This document shows positions 62,259 through 64,000 of a DNA stretch of 64,000 nt, in pieces. The position numbers were made by a program, and so were the translations under genes. The stretch comes from the human T2T-CHM13v2.0 reference genome, Homo sapiens, in the NCBI RefSeq assembly GCF_009914755.1, contig NC_060927.1, one strand, 5' to 3'. Under the pieces are notes generated by a model, which ran no database searches, was not told where the DNA came from, and was given only the letters and a program-made list of their open reading frames with translations. Each line of letters starts with the position of its first letter. The first letter of the stretch is position 1.

Positions 62259-63109
62259 TTACAGCCTGGAATTGTCTTGCAATACTTAACATTTTTAGAG
62301 TACACATTACAGGATGTAGCTTGCCTTTGCCCATCCTTCCAAGTAGTCTCCCAGTGGATGTAGTGAGCACATTTGGAGAGCTAGGGGTGGGGAGGAGATT
62401 TTCTCTCTCTCTTTTTCACTCTCTCTGTTTATAAAATAGTATCCTGGCTAGTTAAAGTTGTAACATCTTGAAACTATACAATAAAGAAATTAACACTTGG
62501 TTCTCATTTTGCTACAAATTGTGTGTGTCTACATTGGAGAACGGTTCATATTTTACCCTTTTTCAGGTGGTCTATTATTTATTGAGGTGAAGTCTAGATT
62601 GCTAAAAAAATTAATGCAGTATATTTCTAAATTTTTCACTTTAATTTTGATAGTAACTGTTTCTTTATTCGGCATCTATTTTCAGTTATCATGTGAATTT
62701 TGGACTCTTTTTCCTATATATTTTAATGGAAAGTAAGGAAACTTGCATTTGTGACTTCTTTCTATATGTCATTCTAAATTGTAAATTTCTGAATTCTCTT
62801 TTCAGATGGCTAGGTACCATCTCAAAGAATAGTAAATTCACAGAGTCCTTCAAATCCTATTTGCAAGCTAAATGTGGTGCTATCACCAGATGATTATCAG
62901 AGAGAAATCTGAAGTTTCTCAAGAATTAAAACATGGAACCATGAACCAAGATATGAGTAAAAATTTATAAACATACACCATGCTGGGAGACTGGCTAACT
63001 GTCAACATGACACCATTTCTGTAGAGATATCCCTGGCTAATAATGGATTAGTATATCTCACTTTCCTAATGAAAGCGAATTACACCGATGTTAAAACTTG
63101 GCTTTTTCA

Positions 63110-63543
63110 AGGACATGGAATCAACCTAACTGCTCATCAATAATAGACTGGATAAAAAAATGTGGTACATATACACCATGGAATACTATGCAGCCATGAA
63201 AAAGAACAAGATTATGTCCTTTGCAGGGACATGGATTCAACTGGAGGCCATTATCCTTAGCAAACTAACGTAGGAACAGAAAACCAAATATTGCATGTTC
63301 TCACTTACAAGTGGGAGCTAACTGATGAGAACACATGAGCACATAGGGGGGAATGACACACTCCGGGGCCTTTCGGAGGGTAGAGGGTGGGAGGAGGGAG
63401 AAGATCAGGAAAAATAACTAATGGGTACTAGGCTTAATACCTGGGTGATGAAATAATCTATACAAAAAAACGCCCATGACACAAGTTTACCTGTGTAACA
63501 AACCTGCACTTGTAACCCTGAACTTAAAATAAAAATTAAAAAG
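63110..63543 (+). mobile_element. 5'-truncated old L1PA 3' end
   Basis: tgtggtacatatacaccatggaatactatgcagcc...aacttaaaataaaa; ggcttttt(c/g)aa on both flanks. Confidence 0.9.
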
Positions 63544-64000
63544 AGTAGGCTTTTTGAAATATGCATATATTTAAACCTATTATCTTTCCATCAGTGGCTT
63601 TATTGCAACCACGTGAGACACATCCCCCTAAGTTAGGTTAAGTTTGGTCAAGATATTAAAAGAAATATTTCTCTGCCAGGGCTCTGTCATGCCTGGGCTG
63701 TGCAATGGTCACTGTCTACCATGCCCTCAGTGGGCACTCAGTTGTTATGCCTGATACTCATAGGATGGTCCTTGATTTCTAACCACTGGTATCCTATTCA
63801 CTCCTAGGCAGGCAGAAGCTGTGGTTTTTCTATATGATATTATTGAAACTTTACAGATTTGTTCCTTAACATTAGAGTGCAAAGTTTGGAAGCAATTTCT
63901 TACTATTGTAGCAAAATGAATATATGCATCTTAACCTGACATGAGAATTGACGAGATGATATGGCAAGTTGAATCCCCCTAAAATTTTAATATAGAATCT

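Overview
Vertebrate, most likely human, genomic DNA (primate AluJ/S, L1PA, Tigger). The window holds the complete ZIC1 gene on the + strand: CpG-island promoter (~430-640), a long 5'UTR with five uATGs, three coding exons (1366-2347, 3771-3934, 4607-4804; 447 aa, five C2H2 fingers, C-terminal NFNEWYV) and a 3'UTR with proximal (5795) and distal (7949) poly(A) signals. Several orphan CpG-rich, promoter-like islands follow at ~10-16 kb. The first ~18 kb lack recognisable transposons. The remaining ~45 kb are AT-rich and repeat-rich with no convincing protein-coding gene, and include a four-level nest (L2 > Tigger3 > full-length Tigger1 > Alus). The most interesting sequence-level signal is a set of candidate alternative C-termini for ZIC1: a 3' splice site just past the proximal poly(A) site that would end the protein ...KHMK-VV*, and an intron-2 read-through followed by AATAAA. 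Other signals are a possible non-AUG N-terminal extension, a candidate 41-nt downstream exon and a local inverted duplication inside Tigger1. Repeat subfamily calls and gene identity come from recalled consensus sequences, not from database searches. None of the hypotheses is tested, and I cannot confirm that any is undescribed.
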